Part shown: positions 1-8,476 of the stretch, in pieces | Position numbering within the stretch: position 1 is the first letter of the stretch | How the letters are laid out: the number at the start of each line of letters is the position of its first letter | Assembly (NCBI GenBank): GCA_963766075.1 | Contig: CAVYAN010000053.1 | Location: forward strand, 1-64,000 | Reading direction: 5' to 3' | Length of the DNA stretch: 64,000 nt | Source: an uncultured cyanobacterium | Lineage (GTDB): Bacteria > Cyanobacteriota > Cyanobacteriia > Leptolyngbyales > Leptolyngbyaceae | The notes under the pieces: model-generated | The model's database searches: none | What the model was told of the DNA's origin: nothing | What the model saw: only the letters and a program-made list of their open reading frames with translations | Translations under genes and position numbers: made by a program

Positions 1-148
1 CTTGAGCGGCCTCTTGAACTGCCGTTATGCCTGTCCCCTGAAGGACAACGGCTAAGGAGTCTTTTTTACTGGTCTTTCTCCGCTTGGCCCCGGTTGGGGC
101 GGGCTGCGGAATAGCCGTATCGGTTGTCGTTAATTCTGAACTTGACAT
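1..148 (-). CDS. hypothetical protein, partial (runs off window start)
   Basis: ATG at 148 overlapping end of upstream ORF; open frame MSSSELTTTDTAIPQPAPTGAKRRK... to window edge. Confidence 0.4.
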   Translation of the reverse strand, partial: MSSSELTTTDTAIPQPAPTGAKRRKTSKKDSLAVVLQGTGITAVQEAAQ

Positions 149-450
149 AGCTCTTCTACCCTCCTCAGGGCTAATGGATAGAGTCTGTTGTACGTTTCCC
201 CAGCGAAGTTCCTAACTCCGGCGTAATGCAGCATGGCGCAAGTCGTCAAACCAGCCGCAATCGACAAATCAACCTCATCCGAGGAAGTTCCCCGGATGGA
301 GAACCGGGAGCACCAACGGGAAAAGGTTGGGGCCGGAATCTCTTTGCCCGCGATGAATCCACACCATTCCCGAAGATAACCAAGAGACAACCGAATTTCC
401 TCCGGTGCCGTGGCGTGGGTTTCAGTTTCGCGTGTAAAAACTCTGGGCAT
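130..450 (-). CDS. hypothetical protein, possible DNA-binding (HTH-like)
   Basis: C-terminal part of ORF 130..861 from ATG 450 (MPRVFTRE...IPAPTFSRWCSRF); the upstream extension overlaps a + strand gene. Confidence 0.5.
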   Translation of the reverse strand: MPRVFTRETETHATAPEEIRLSLGYLREWCGFIAGKEIPAPTFSRWCSRFSIRGTSSDEVDLSIAAGLTTCAMLHYAGVRNFAGETYNRLYPLALRRVEELCQVQN

Positions 451-612
451 GATCCTTGATTTCTGGCGGCTTGGGAGTTTCGTGTGTGAAAAAATCCGAA
501 ACTTAAATAAGAGATTAACACAGGTTTTGGAGTTTTCACCGTTTTTCTGTCGGTGTTTTGTCGGGTCGATGTTGGCTTGCTGTACGATAGGAACACCTGA
601 AAGGTGTGTGAT

Positions 613-927
613 ATGGCAAAACCCGAATCTATCCGAATTGACATCCGAGTAACCCCGAAACAACTTGAGCGGGCAGATGATCTGGCTAACGCTTTGACAA
701 GCGATCGCCCCGATGTGATGAGGACGGCCCTGGACCTGGGTTTTGATCAATTGGAGCTTCGGCAGTTGCAGCACTGGCAATATCGCAATGCCAAGCTGGT
801 TAACGCGAAGTTGGGCGGGCGAAAGCAGAACATAGCCGATGCCCTGGATCTGCTTACTCAAGATGGCGAGGATCTTGAGGGTCGGATTAAAAAAGTAATT
901 GCCCTACTTGAAGGGGCGATCGGTTGA
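613..927 (+). CDS. ribbon-helix-helix (CopG-like) regulator
   Basis: IRIDIRVTPKQLERADDLANALTSDRPDVMRTAL fits the RHH strand-helix-helix pattern; divergent from 130..450. Confidence 0.6.
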   Translation: MAKPESIRIDIRVTPKQLERADDLANALTSDRPDVMRTALDLGFDQLELRQLQHWQYRNAKLVNAKLGGRKQNIADALDLLTQDGEDLEGRIKKVIALLEGAIG

Positions 928-1060
928 CGCGATCGCATCAACCAAAAATCTGAGGGTGGGCTGCTGCTGCACTGTTTCATACCCATGCCAGCCCACCCAG
1001 ACCCCGCCGCCAAAGGTGACGATTAAGGGAACCAAGCAGCACGCTAACTTAAGGATTTTC

Positions 1061-1603
1061 ATGAGTTATTCCATAGGTAAAGAGCCGGATCATGTTTTGC
1101 CGATAGCAGAACCTTTTTATTCACAGATCTGCTATCGGCAAAAGACGGCGGCGATCTGCAAGCTGGACAAGAACTATAGAACTGGGCAAGTTTTGCGGTT
1201 CGCACTCTACCCAGATGATGAGGGGGGCTTGCGCTATGTCGATGCACGGATTGTCGGTGTTAACACAGCTTCAGAAGGGTTGAGGGAACGACCTCAGCCC
1301 TTTCTTTTGGGGAGCCGCGCAGGAGCAGCCGGGGACGGTTGGGGCGCGGGCCGGGATTCGATCCGCGCATCCTCCAGCCGCATCAATCTAAGCCATGCAG
1401 CATCAAGGCGATTCGACTCGGAGATCTGCCGCGCCCTAACCTCGCTCCAACCCGCGAACCCAGTCGCGAGAAGTAAGGCCACGATCGCCGTCAAGGTCCA
1501 AGCAGCCTTAGTTATTTTCAGTGCCTTAGCGGGGTCTGGCTGGGGATACTCCAAAGCGTTTAGGCGATCGTTGAAGCTATCGCCTTCAACCCTGGTTAGA
1601 TAA
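1061..1603 (+). CDS. DUF3850/ASCH-like protein, C-terminus doubtful
   Basis: HVLPIAEPFYSQICYRQKTAAICKLDKNYRTGQVLRF resembles DUF3850; after ~1294 the frame is antisense to a convergent gene. Confidence 0.45.
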   Translation: MSYSIGKEPDHVLPIAEPFYSQICYRQKTAAICKLDKNYRTGQVLRFALYPDDEGGLRYVDARIVGVNTASEGLRERPQPFLLGSRAGAAGDGWGAGRDSIRASSSRINLSHAASRRFDSEICRALTSLQPANPVARSKATIAVKVQAALVIFSALAGSGWGYSKAFRRSLKLSPSTLVR

Positions 1604-1812
1604 TCCTGACTCATTTGGAGTTCGATCAACTCCAATCGGTTAGTCAGCAATTGCAACTGCTCCCCTTGTATAGAGAACCCCGTTTCCGATAAATTTAGCC
1701 GTCTGTGGACAGCCCTCAGATCTGCTTGAGTTACGGTGGCTGGAGGTAAGGGTGATTCGGCGGCAATGGGTTTTCCCGACTCCAGTTCGGTTTCTATCAT
1801 ACTGTTCTCCAT
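1294..1812 (-). CDS. coiled-coil membrane protein
   Basis: Coiled-coil region followed by hydrophobic AAWTLTAIVALLLATGFAGW. Confidence 0.65.
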   Translation of the reverse strand: MENSMIETELESGKPIAAESPLPPATVTQADLRAVHRRLNLSETGFSIQGEQLQLLTNRLELIELQMSQDYLTRVEGDSFNDRLNALEYPQPDPAKALKITKAAWTLTAIVALLLATGFAGWSEVRARQISESNRLDAAWLRLMRLEDARIESRPAPQPSPAAPARLPKRKG

Positions 1813-1866
1813 ACACGAAAGACTCAGCCCATAGTAGCAGTAAACCCGACAAAAAACCGTTGTTAT

Positions 1867-1906
1867 CCCTTAAAGGGTTGACAACTAGCGGCAGGTAAGC
1901 GATACT
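1867..1906 (+). promoter_or_regulatory. sigma70-like promoter with upstream palindrome (type A, copy 1)
   Basis: CCCTTAAAGGG, then TTGACA (1878-1883), 17 bp, GATACT (1901-1906). Confidence 0.75.
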
Positions 1907-1966
1907 GAAAGAGTAACCAACGCGAGAGGGTTACAAGCTTAAAACGTCAGCCAACGGAAAACAACC

Positions 1967-2422
1967 ATGTCAAACATTGAGTACATCAACGGTCAAGAAA
2001 GCCACTCGTCCAGCTGGGGTAAATACTACGTCAAGGGTTTGGAAAATTGGGGAGTTAAGGAGGACTTTTCCGAAAATCGGCAAGATAAACATCACTCCTA
2101 TCAAGGGTTTGCAGCCATAGAGATTCCCGAAGGTGCGATTTTCACCGTGTTTGAGCAGTCCGGTGATAAACGCGGCACAGACACCTATGTGTTTACGGTG
2201 TGCCAAGCAGTAGACGACTGTTTCACAGATGACGTATCTGGGTACGGTTCAGGTAAATGTACAGGGAATTTCAAGATCCTTGTTCGCGCCGCGACAAAAA
2301 CAACCGCGCCGCGACTGATGCAATGGTGGATCAACTCTCCGGTTAAAACACTAGAGTTCGCTCAGCACTGCGCGAACTACATCACAAAAAGGGGGATTAA
2401 AGAGCTTCCTCCTATGCCGTAG
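1967..2422 (+). CDS. hypothetical early protein
   Basis: 151-aa ORF directly downstream of promoter. Confidence 0.75.
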   Translation: MSNIEYINGQESHSSSWGKYYVKGLENWGVKEDFSENRQDKHHSYQGFAAIEIPEGAIFTVFEQSGDKRGTDTYVFTVCQAVDDCFTDDVSGYGSGKCTGNFKILVRAATKTTAPRLMQWWINSPVKTLEFAQHCANYITKRGIKELPPMP

Positions 2423-2482
2423 CCAGTCCCCCTGTATTCCCCATTTTTGAAAGTTCAGTAAACCTACAAACAGGAGAAATCC

Positions 2483-2836
2483 ATGCTTTTCATTCTGACC
2501 GCTGCTATTTCGTTTTGGGTAAGTCAGCGCACAACCATTTATTTGGATGCCGAAGATTCTCGGGTTCATTTTAAGTTTGCGCTTGCAATTCAAGATCTCG
2601 CCCGGTTTTGGGCGGCGATCGTCGCGGTTTGCTCCTGGGTTTACAAGGCAGGGCGATCGCTCCGGAAACTGGTTGAATTGATTCCCCTCCCGGCTCCTGC
2701 TGACACTGAAAAGATCGAGGTTTGGCGTAAATGGATAGCGTTTGGACCCTCAGCAGGAGCCGCTAGTACCGAGGCATCCGCCCAAGCTGGCAGTGTTGGG
2801 AAAACCAAAATTTGGCAGGCACAGGAAGGTGAATAG
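2483..2836 (+). CDS. hypothetical membrane-associated protein
   Basis: AGGAG RBS; two hydrophobic segments. Confidence 0.65.
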   Translation: MLFILTAAISFWVSQRTTIYLDAEDSRVHFKFALAIQDLARFWAAIVAVCSWVYKAGRSLRKLVELIPLPAPADTEKIEVWRKWIAFGPSAGAASTEASAQAGSVGKTKIWQAQEGE

Positions 2837-3560
2837 CGTTCCACTGGAGAAGATCACGGCGGCGGCTCAGTATGTCGCCGCTCTGGCAGATCTCCAAGAT
2901 GCGATACGTCGGGAGCCAGCCGACAACCCCAAGATTGCCGCCATGGCGATCGCCCTAGTCCAGCAGACCCCCAACTTTCTGGCCGCGCCGATCCAGATGG
3001 CGATCGCCATTCTGGACTGCATAAGGTCAGGGCCGATGACCAATGCAGAGATTGCCGAAAAAATTGGGCGATCGCCTGAATCTGTCCGGCAGGCGATCGC
3101 GGCGCTCAAGACTGGGGGACTGGAGCTTCAGGAATCCAGTGCGGGAACGTTCCGGGCAACGGGCAGACCTCATGTTCTGCGCCAATACCGAACCGCTGAA
3201 CCGCTATTTATACTGGCCGAGCAAGCCCAGCGAGAAGCCGCTGAGGCCGGTTCATTTGAGCAGATGATGCAATGCATCATCAAAGCTTACAGATACGAAA
3301 TCGCCGCCGCCAACATCGTCAACGCTGCATATCCAAACACCCTAGAAAGGGAGGTTGAATTCTGGGAAGACGCGATCGCTGATGCCACGGCGGCGATCGC
3401 CGAGAATAAGAAAGTTCTGGAGCTTTCCTATAAATGCCAGACGTTTGAACAAGGGCAAATCCTGCTAGAAACAGCCCTGGCAGACTTTGTTAGGCGGCAA
3501 CAACCGGGCTTCGCCCTCTATATGAGGAATGCTAACTGGTGGGCAGACGTTGCCTACTGA
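2829..3560 (+). CDS. winged HTH domain protein
   Basis: GPMTNAEIAEKIGRSPESVRQAIAAL HTH; GTG start at 2829 overlapping previous stop preferred over TTG 2742. Confidence 0.7.
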   Translation: MNSVPLEKITAAAQYVAALADLQDAIRREPADNPKIAAMAIALVQQTPNFLAAPIQMAIAILDCIRSGPMTNAEIAEKIGRSPESVRQAIAALKTGGLELQESSAGTFRATGRPHVLRQYRTAEPLFILAEQAQREAAEAGSFEQMMQCIIKAYRYEIAAANIVNAAYPNTLEREVEFWEDAIADATAAIAENKKVLELSYKCQTFEQGQILLETALADFVRRQQPGFALYMRNANWWADVAY

Positions 3561-3581
3561 TGATCAGATCACCAAAAATCA

Positions 3582-3711
3582 AAGCCCCGGCACTGGATTG
3601 TAAAGCAATGCCCAGTGTCGGGGCTTCTTTGTAAAGAAGGTGTAAATATAACCCCTATTATCTACAGATCTGTGGACGCTACACACAGGACTGTAGATAA
3701 TGGAGGAGAAG
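3582..3711 (+). repeat. hairpin + promoter unit (type B, copy 1)
   Basis: GC-rich hairpin 3582-3626, then TGGACG-17-GATAAT (3673-3701) within an ATCTACA/TGTAGAT inverted repeat; similar to 4091-4225. Confidence 0.85.
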
Positions 3712-3741
3712 CAGCAAACACCAACAACCAACCACCACATC

Positions 3742-4089
3742 ATGGCTAAGCGCAAAAAAGACCTCTGGGACCGGCAAGCTGAACGGGTTAGAAGCCTGGT
3801 TCAGGGTGACTGGACAAAGTTTATGTCGTGCTACTGCACGAACGCTTTTAGCGCCATTCACCACCAAACCGAAACCCACGCGTGGGTTACGACATACGAC
3901 ACTTACACGGTGTCCGTCGAAAAGCTTGATAACGGGCGATGGTATGTCTACGCCGAGGATCATGAACCAGGGGATATTGATCAACCCAAAGAAGGGTATC
4001 CCACCCTAAAGGCCGCTAAAGAAGCGGCGATCGAGTTCTGCCAGTTCTTCGAGCAATGCTGGCTAGAGTGCGAGGGTTTAGCTGAATAA
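3742..4089 (+). CDS. hypothetical early protein
   Basis: MAKRKKDLW...YPTLKAAKEAA; ATG 3742 chosen because ATG 3700 overlaps the -10 box. Confidence 0.7.
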   Translation: MAKRKKDLWDRQAERVRSLVQGDWTKFMSCYCTNAFSAIHHQTETHAWVTTYDTYTVSVEKLDNGRWYVYAEDHEPGDIDQPKEGYPTLKAAKEAAIEFCQFFEQCWLECEGLAE

Positions 4090-4090
4090 G

Positions 4091-4225
4091 GGAGCCGCCC
4101 CGGCGCTGGATTGCAAAGCAATACCAAGCGTCGGGGCGGCTCCATAAAGAGGGTGTAAATATAACCCCTACTATCTACAATCCTGTGGACGCTGCACACA
4201 GAATTGTAGATAATAAAGGAGAAGC
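4091..4225 (+). repeat. hairpin + promoter unit (type B, copy 2)
   Basis: Hairpin 4091-4143 then GGTGTAAATATAACCCCTA...TGGACG-17-GATAAT...GGAGAAGC. Confidence 0.85.
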
Positions 4226-4256
4226 GATAGAAAACACCTCAAACCAGGAGACAGCG

Positions 4257-4478
4257 ATGCTTAATTTCTACATTTACGAGGGTTCCCGCGACGGCGCAGA
4301 CGCCAAGCTAGTCAAGAAGTTGACGGCTAAGGGTATGAACAGCATTTATGCCCAATATAAAAGCTACTGTGCCCGGAAACACGCGACGGTGATGATCCAG
4401 TGTGGGGAAAAGGAGAGCATCGGCTGTCTTTACTGGTCTGACTTAGTGAACAATTTCTACCTTAAATCGGAGAGTTAA
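4257..4478 (+). CDS. hypothetical protein
   Basis: AGGAG RBS before ATG 4257; MLNFYIYEG... Confidence 0.65.
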   Translation: MLNFYIYEGSRDGADAKLVKKLTAKGMNSIYAQYKSYCARKHATVMIQCGEKESIGCLYWSDLVNNFYLKSES

Positions 4479-4822
4479 TGAAAAACACAGTTTTTAACTG
4501 GGTTCAAGTTATGCAACGTGCTTCAAAATCCAGTGCTTAGAAACCTAGTAGAGGCGCATCCAGAAATAGAGTACGCATTATTTAAGGATGCCCGAAAGGC
4601 AGATGATCGCTGGCTTATCTGCCCCTAGACATTCACTCCGAGCGGTTGGGTCTGCATCCTTCAGAGATAAGCCGATCGCTGATTGGATTGGATGCCCTAC
4701 CAATCAGGCAGGCGATCCTAGAGGATTTTAGAGGCGGCTCAAAGCTGCTGAAGCTAGAGATCGGTAACCCAATCAATAGCGCCCCAATCTACCCGCCCCC
4801 AACACCCAGGAGCCGTCAATGA
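4478..4822 (+). pseudogene. frame-broken hypothetical gene (two compensating single-base shifts)
   Basis: ATG overlaps upstream TAA and final TGA overlaps downstream ATG; span 345 nt; open only if the A5 run at ~4481 loses one base and the C4 run at ~4622 gains one. Confidence 0.5.
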
Positions 4823-5100
4823 TCGCGATCGCATTGCAAGAGCTAAAAATTACCGCATGGGAAGCCTCCCGAAAGATCGGGAGAGTAACCGGAGAGCAGA
4901 CTAAAACGGTCTGGATGCGCCTAGATCGGTGGCTGTCCGGTCATGCGCCAAAGATCGAAATCGTAGAACGGGATCTTCGGATCCTAGGTTACGAAATCCA
5001 GTTAGTTCAGTTAATCAACCAAGCAAACCAAGATGAAGACACCAGCCCAAAAATCCAAAGAACTCAAGAATCAACTAAAAACGTAGAGGGGAAGAGATGA
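4819..5100 (+). CDS. HTH (XRE-like) protein
   Basis: LKITAWEASRKI...RLDRWLSGHAPKIE...LRILG. Confidence 0.55.
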   Translation: MIAIALQELKITAWEASRKIGRVTGEQTKTVWMRLDRWLSGHAPKIEIVERDLRILGYEIQLVQLINQANQDEDTSPKIQRTQESTKNVEGKR

Positions 5101-5205
5101 ATAACAGGAAATGAAAAGGACCGCGATCGCTGCCACCGAGGTTAAACACATTAAAATTTTGAAAATTTTGAGAATTTTTAGCGGGTGCTGCTGATACAGC
5201 ATCGC

Positions 5206-5246
5206 ACCCTTAAAGGGTTGATAATACCTTTATAGTGTGCGATACT
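5206..5246 (+). promoter_or_regulatory. sigma70-like promoter with upstream palindrome (type A, copy 2)
   Basis: ACCCTTAAAGGGT, TTGATA (5218-5223), 17 bp, GATACT (5241-5246), followed by GAAA as in copy 1. Confidence 0.7.
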
Positions 5247-5277
5247 GAAATGGTAAAGAGATTTTGAGGGCGAGGCG

Positions 5278-5970
5278 ATGATTAAGGTTGAAGTTTGCGA
5301 TATGCGGGGAGCGGGAAAGGCTGGATACGTGGCGAAACTGGAGGGGCGCGATCGCAATTTCCTGATTGCTGCTAGATACAGCGGTCATGGATCTTCGGCG
5401 AAACAAGTAGAGTATGAAATAGCTGAAGATGCTTACGGAATCTATGAAATCTGTGATGCCAACTACGGCGGCCGGAAGCGCGACATTCAATTCTTGGCGG
5501 TGTCCGACCACGGCTTTGATACTTTTTTCACACGGAAAGAGGCTGAGGCATTTGCCGCGAAAGTAGAATCCACTGCTGCGCCAGCTATTCCCGCTGCGGC
5601 ACCCTTGCCCGATCCGCTTGAAGTAGCCCCTCAGTATCCGGGATTAAAGCCTGTCGCTGAGCGCGAGGAAGAATCCGAAAGCTTTGATGTTCAAGTTTCT
5701 ACTTGCAAGTTAAAGGGAAATCTCCATCTCACGGTAAAGATGATTTCGGATTCCGCTTTTAAGTTTTTCATGCCGGACATGAAGAATCGGGTGAGAGGAC
5801 GTATTTGGAATGAATCGATCAAATCGTGGCTCATTCCGTGCGACGGCACTTCCCCTTTACTCCTACGCGAAATCATCGAGCAGCGAACTATCCGCACTAA
5901 TGGGATCCGTACCGCTATGAAATTCAAAATTTCCTTAAAGGCTAAGGCGGAGATGCTGCTCGATGAATAA
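5278..5970 (+). CDS. two-domain hypothetical protein
   Basis: Pro/Ala linker between domains; C-domain has GRIWNESIKSWLIP (HARP/DUF5710-like). Confidence 0.7.
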   Translation: MIKVEVCDMRGAGKAGYVAKLEGRDRNFLIAARYSGHGSSAKQVEYEIAEDAYGIYEICDANYGGRKRDIQFLAVSDHGFDTFFTRKEAEAFAAKVESTAAPAIPAAAPLPDPLEVAPQYPGLKPVAEREEESESFDVQVSTCKLKGNLHLTVKMISDSAFKFFMPDMKNRVRGRIWNESIKSWLIPCDGTSPLLLREIIEQRTIRTNGIRTAMKFKISLKAKAEMLLDE

Positions 5971-6208
5971 ATCCACCCTCGACAAAATCCAGGGGACGGC
6001 CCTATACCTTGAGGAGTTGCTCTCATCTGAGTCCGAACTCCTCAAGGTGTGGGAATTCACCGCCGATCCCTCCCACAAGCGGATCGTCAAAAGCGCGATC
6101 GCGGCTCTTGCCAGGGGTGGGATTGAATTCCAAGAAACGAGTACAGGCAAATTCCAAACTACAGGCATGCCACGCACTGCTAGACGATTTCAACGCAATC
6201 GCCGCTAG
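5963..6208 (+). CDS. small protein sharing a module with 2829..3560
   Basis: AIAALARGGIEFQETSTGKFQTTGMP vs AIAALKTGGLELQESSAGTFRATGRP. Confidence 0.7.
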   Translation: MNKSTLDKIQGTALYLEELLSSESELLKVWEFTADPSHKRIVKSAIAALARGGIEFQETSTGKFQTTGMPRTARRFQRNRR

Positions 6209-6249
6209 GGGTAAAAATTGGATAGGGGGCGATAAGTTCTGAGGTATCC

Positions 6250-6930
6250 ATGATCTACACTTCGTACTTTTGCGGTCCCACGATCGGCGATCGCATCTCA
6301 ATCTCCAAATCAATCCCAAAGGGTTATGCTGTAGCCGATAGATGGGCCGTGTTTCAGCCATCGAAAGAGCTGCTACAAGCCTGGAAGGATAGCGCTCAGG
6401 ATGAATCGGCATGGACTGAGTATGTCGCAGGCTACAGGGAACTGCTACGCCTGCGGCGTGATGAATTGATGGCACTGGCCGAGAATCCTCCTCAAAATGA
6501 TGTGACGCTGCTCTGTTGGGAAAAGGACCGCGATCGCTGCCATAGATCGCTAGTGGGGAAATGGATTGCACACTTCCTACCCGAACTGTGGGGTGGGGAA
6601 GTGTGCGCCATACCCGCTGAACCGCAGGAGATACCACAAGCCCAGCCAGAAGCTCCGGCAATCGCCCTGATTGAATCGCTGATAGATCCAATCGCCCCCG
6701 AGGAATCGGCGCTGTACCAGTGGATTTTGAGCGCCCAGCACGAGATCTCTGTACCAGATGGAATCTTTCTGTATCCCCATATCCGAATCTGCAATGGAGA
6801 GGGGTTTTTGAAAAAACTAGTAGAGGATACCCATAGCGCGATCTCCGGCAACTCTGCGCGATCGCGCTATGGGGCACTGGCAAAGGATCTCGCAGCACTC
6901 AAAGCTATTTTAGAAAATAGCTTGACATAG
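6250..6930 (+). CDS. DUF488 family protein with extra C-terminal domain
   Basis: MIYTSYF...ISIS...PSKELL...TLLCWEK...CHRSLV motifs; GAGG RBS. Confidence 0.8.
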   Translation: MIYTSYFCGPTIGDRISISKSIPKGYAVADRWAVFQPSKELLQAWKDSAQDESAWTEYVAGYRELLRLRRDELMALAENPPQNDVTLLCWEKDRDRCHRSLVGKWIAHFLPELWGGEVCAIPAEPQEIPQAQPEAPAIALIESLIDPIAPEESALYQWILSAQHEISVPDGIFLYPHIRICNGEGFLKKLVEDTHSAISGNSARSRYGALAKDLAALKAILENSLT

Positions 6931-6950
6931 CCCCTAGTAGGAGCTTTAAT
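6922..6950 (+). promoter_or_regulatory. sigma70-like promoter
   Basis: TTGACA-17-TTTAAT upstream of ORF 7000, which has an AGGAGG RBS. Confidence 0.6.
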
Positions 6951-6999
6951 AGATTTAAGGGCAAAGACGCCCGAAACGATATTTTAGGAGGATTGGAAG

Positions 7000-7635
7000 A
7001 TGAGTAAGCCGATTTTGAAATCGAACCCAAAAAGCAAAAAATATTTTCCTCCCGTTGGCGAACACACATTGGAATTGTCGAAAAACGCTTTTTGGCTGCA
7101 CCACGTTGGTGGTCATTTGGTGGTAAGTGTGACGTTTCGACAAGACACCGAAACGTTCCAAAACCTGTACGTAACGCTAGAGAACGGCGAAACGGTTGCC
7201 CTTGAGTGGGTTAGGACGGATCGGTATGGGAAAAAACACCGTGAATGCGCAGAGGTGATTAAGGGTGTAAACCCATTGTTTCGAGATGACAGGATAATCC
7301 CCGGCATGTTGCCAGTGCCAGTGGTGGACTCTACGACGCTAAAGACGTTTAACCCTGAGTCAGCCCCTATAAGAGGTTTTTTCTGGAACGCCTTAGACTG
7401 CGGCATGGAAAAAGATCCTATTCGCGCCGAACTTGCGCGGAAAGTGGCGGCAACCAAGATTGGCGAAGTGTCCGAATGGACCGCATATTGGGTTTACGCT
7501 AAGACGCTAGTGAAGACCGAAGCGCTGAAAGGTCTGTCGTGGGGCGATTGGGCTGTAATGCATGGGGAACTCGCAGAAAAGCAGCATCGGAGTAACTGTG
7601 CCCGACCTGCGGGGACTGACGGGTTCAGGTGGTAA
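7000..7635 (+). CDS. hypothetical protein
   Basis: 211-aa ORF with RBS. Confidence 0.75.
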   Translation: MSKPILKSNPKSKKYFPPVGEHTLELSKNAFWLHHVGGHLVVSVTFRQDTETFQNLYVTLENGETVALEWVRTDRYGKKHRECAEVIKGVNPLFRDDRIIPGMLPVPVVDSTTLKTFNPESAPIRGFFWNALDCGMEKDPIRAELARKVAATKIGEVSEWTAYWVYAKTLVKTEALKGLSWGDWAVMHGELAEKQHRSNCARPAGTDGFRW

Positions 7636-7658
7636 GGGATCGGCAAGGATAAAACGCC

Positions 7659-8315
7659 ATGTTTGATATTTGTGACAATCTTCAATCTCAGGTTCGCAAC
7701 GCTTTTCAGAAGTACAGCTCGGAGAACGTTCAGTTTCGGATCAATCTAGGTAATGCCGGATTGACAACTGAGGATGTTATTCCCCGCGTTAAATTCAAAT
7801 CAGACGGTAGAAGGGTTTGGGTTGAAAATACCCGCATTCGATTTGATTTGCACGCATATGCTCATCTTGGTTATGCCGAAATGGCGCAATTCGTTGAGGC
7901 GTGCTGGAAAACGCCCGACCTCGTTGTCAACGAGTTTCTTCTTTCCGGATTGTTGCCCCACCCCAGTCTGTTCGGATACGGAAAATACACTGTCAATCTT
8001 CCCCGCCAGTGGAATGACGCTGAGAATTGGGGCAACGGGGAAATTACCTTGGATGGAATTAGATGCTCGAATTCAGCCGAAAATACAGGCTTGAGGTTTG
8101 TTCAATGTGCATACCTCGCAAAGTCTTTGTTTTCAAAATCTGAGGATGAAATTTGGATCCCGCCTGGACATTACGAGGTTTCGGATCTGGCAATCGATAT
8201 TGATCACGAAGACGATGATTACGAAAACTGCTGGATTGGACACCACCACGCTTATGCGACAGGTGTAGTGAGGGTGGCGGCAGAAAGGATGTTGATTGTG
8301 GGGGAACAGCAATGA
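7659..8315 (+). CDS. hypothetical protein
   Basis: 218-aa ORF in co-directional run. Confidence 0.75.
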   Translation: MFDICDNLQSQVRNAFQKYSSENVQFRINLGNAGLTTEDVIPRVKFKSDGRRVWVENTRIRFDLHAYAHLGYAEMAQFVEACWKTPDLVVNEFLLSGLLPHPSLFGYGKYTVNLPRQWNDAENWGNGEITLDGIRCSNSAENTGLRFVQCAYLAKSLFSKSEDEIWIPPGHYEVSDLAIDIDHEDDDYENCWIGHHHAYATGVVRVAAERMLIVGEQQ

Positions 8316-8476
8316 TGGTAGTTAGATTTGCGTCTTTAATCTCTTTCTGCTCGTGTGTTGGGGCTTTAATCCCCACCGCAATCCTAGGGGAAGATGTACC
8401 CCCAATAGTGTCTGTTGGCGGTTTGGCGATCGGTTTTTTGGGTAGCTCAATTTACGCAAAGGAGCGTTTGAAATGA
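8312..8476 (+). CDS. 54-aa two-TM membrane protein (not in ORF track)
   Basis: MMVVRFASLISFCSCVGALIPTAILGEDVPPIVSVGGLAIGFLGSSIYAKERLK; ATGA overlaps at both ends. Confidence 0.65.
   Translation: MMVVRFASLISFCSCVGALIPTAILGEDVPPIVSVGGLAIGFLGSSIYAKERLK

Noticed and set aside
451..861. N-terminal extension of ORF 130..861
   Set aside because: Overlaps the RHH gene on the other strand and an AT-rich intergenic region
3582..4143. Hairpins as integron attC sites
   Set aside because: No RYYYAAC/GTTRRRY ends and no integron integrase in the window
6023..6898. 291-aa - strand ORF, and many similar ORFs opposite the TMP, capsid, J and TerL genes
   Set aside because: Antisense shadows of well-supported genes
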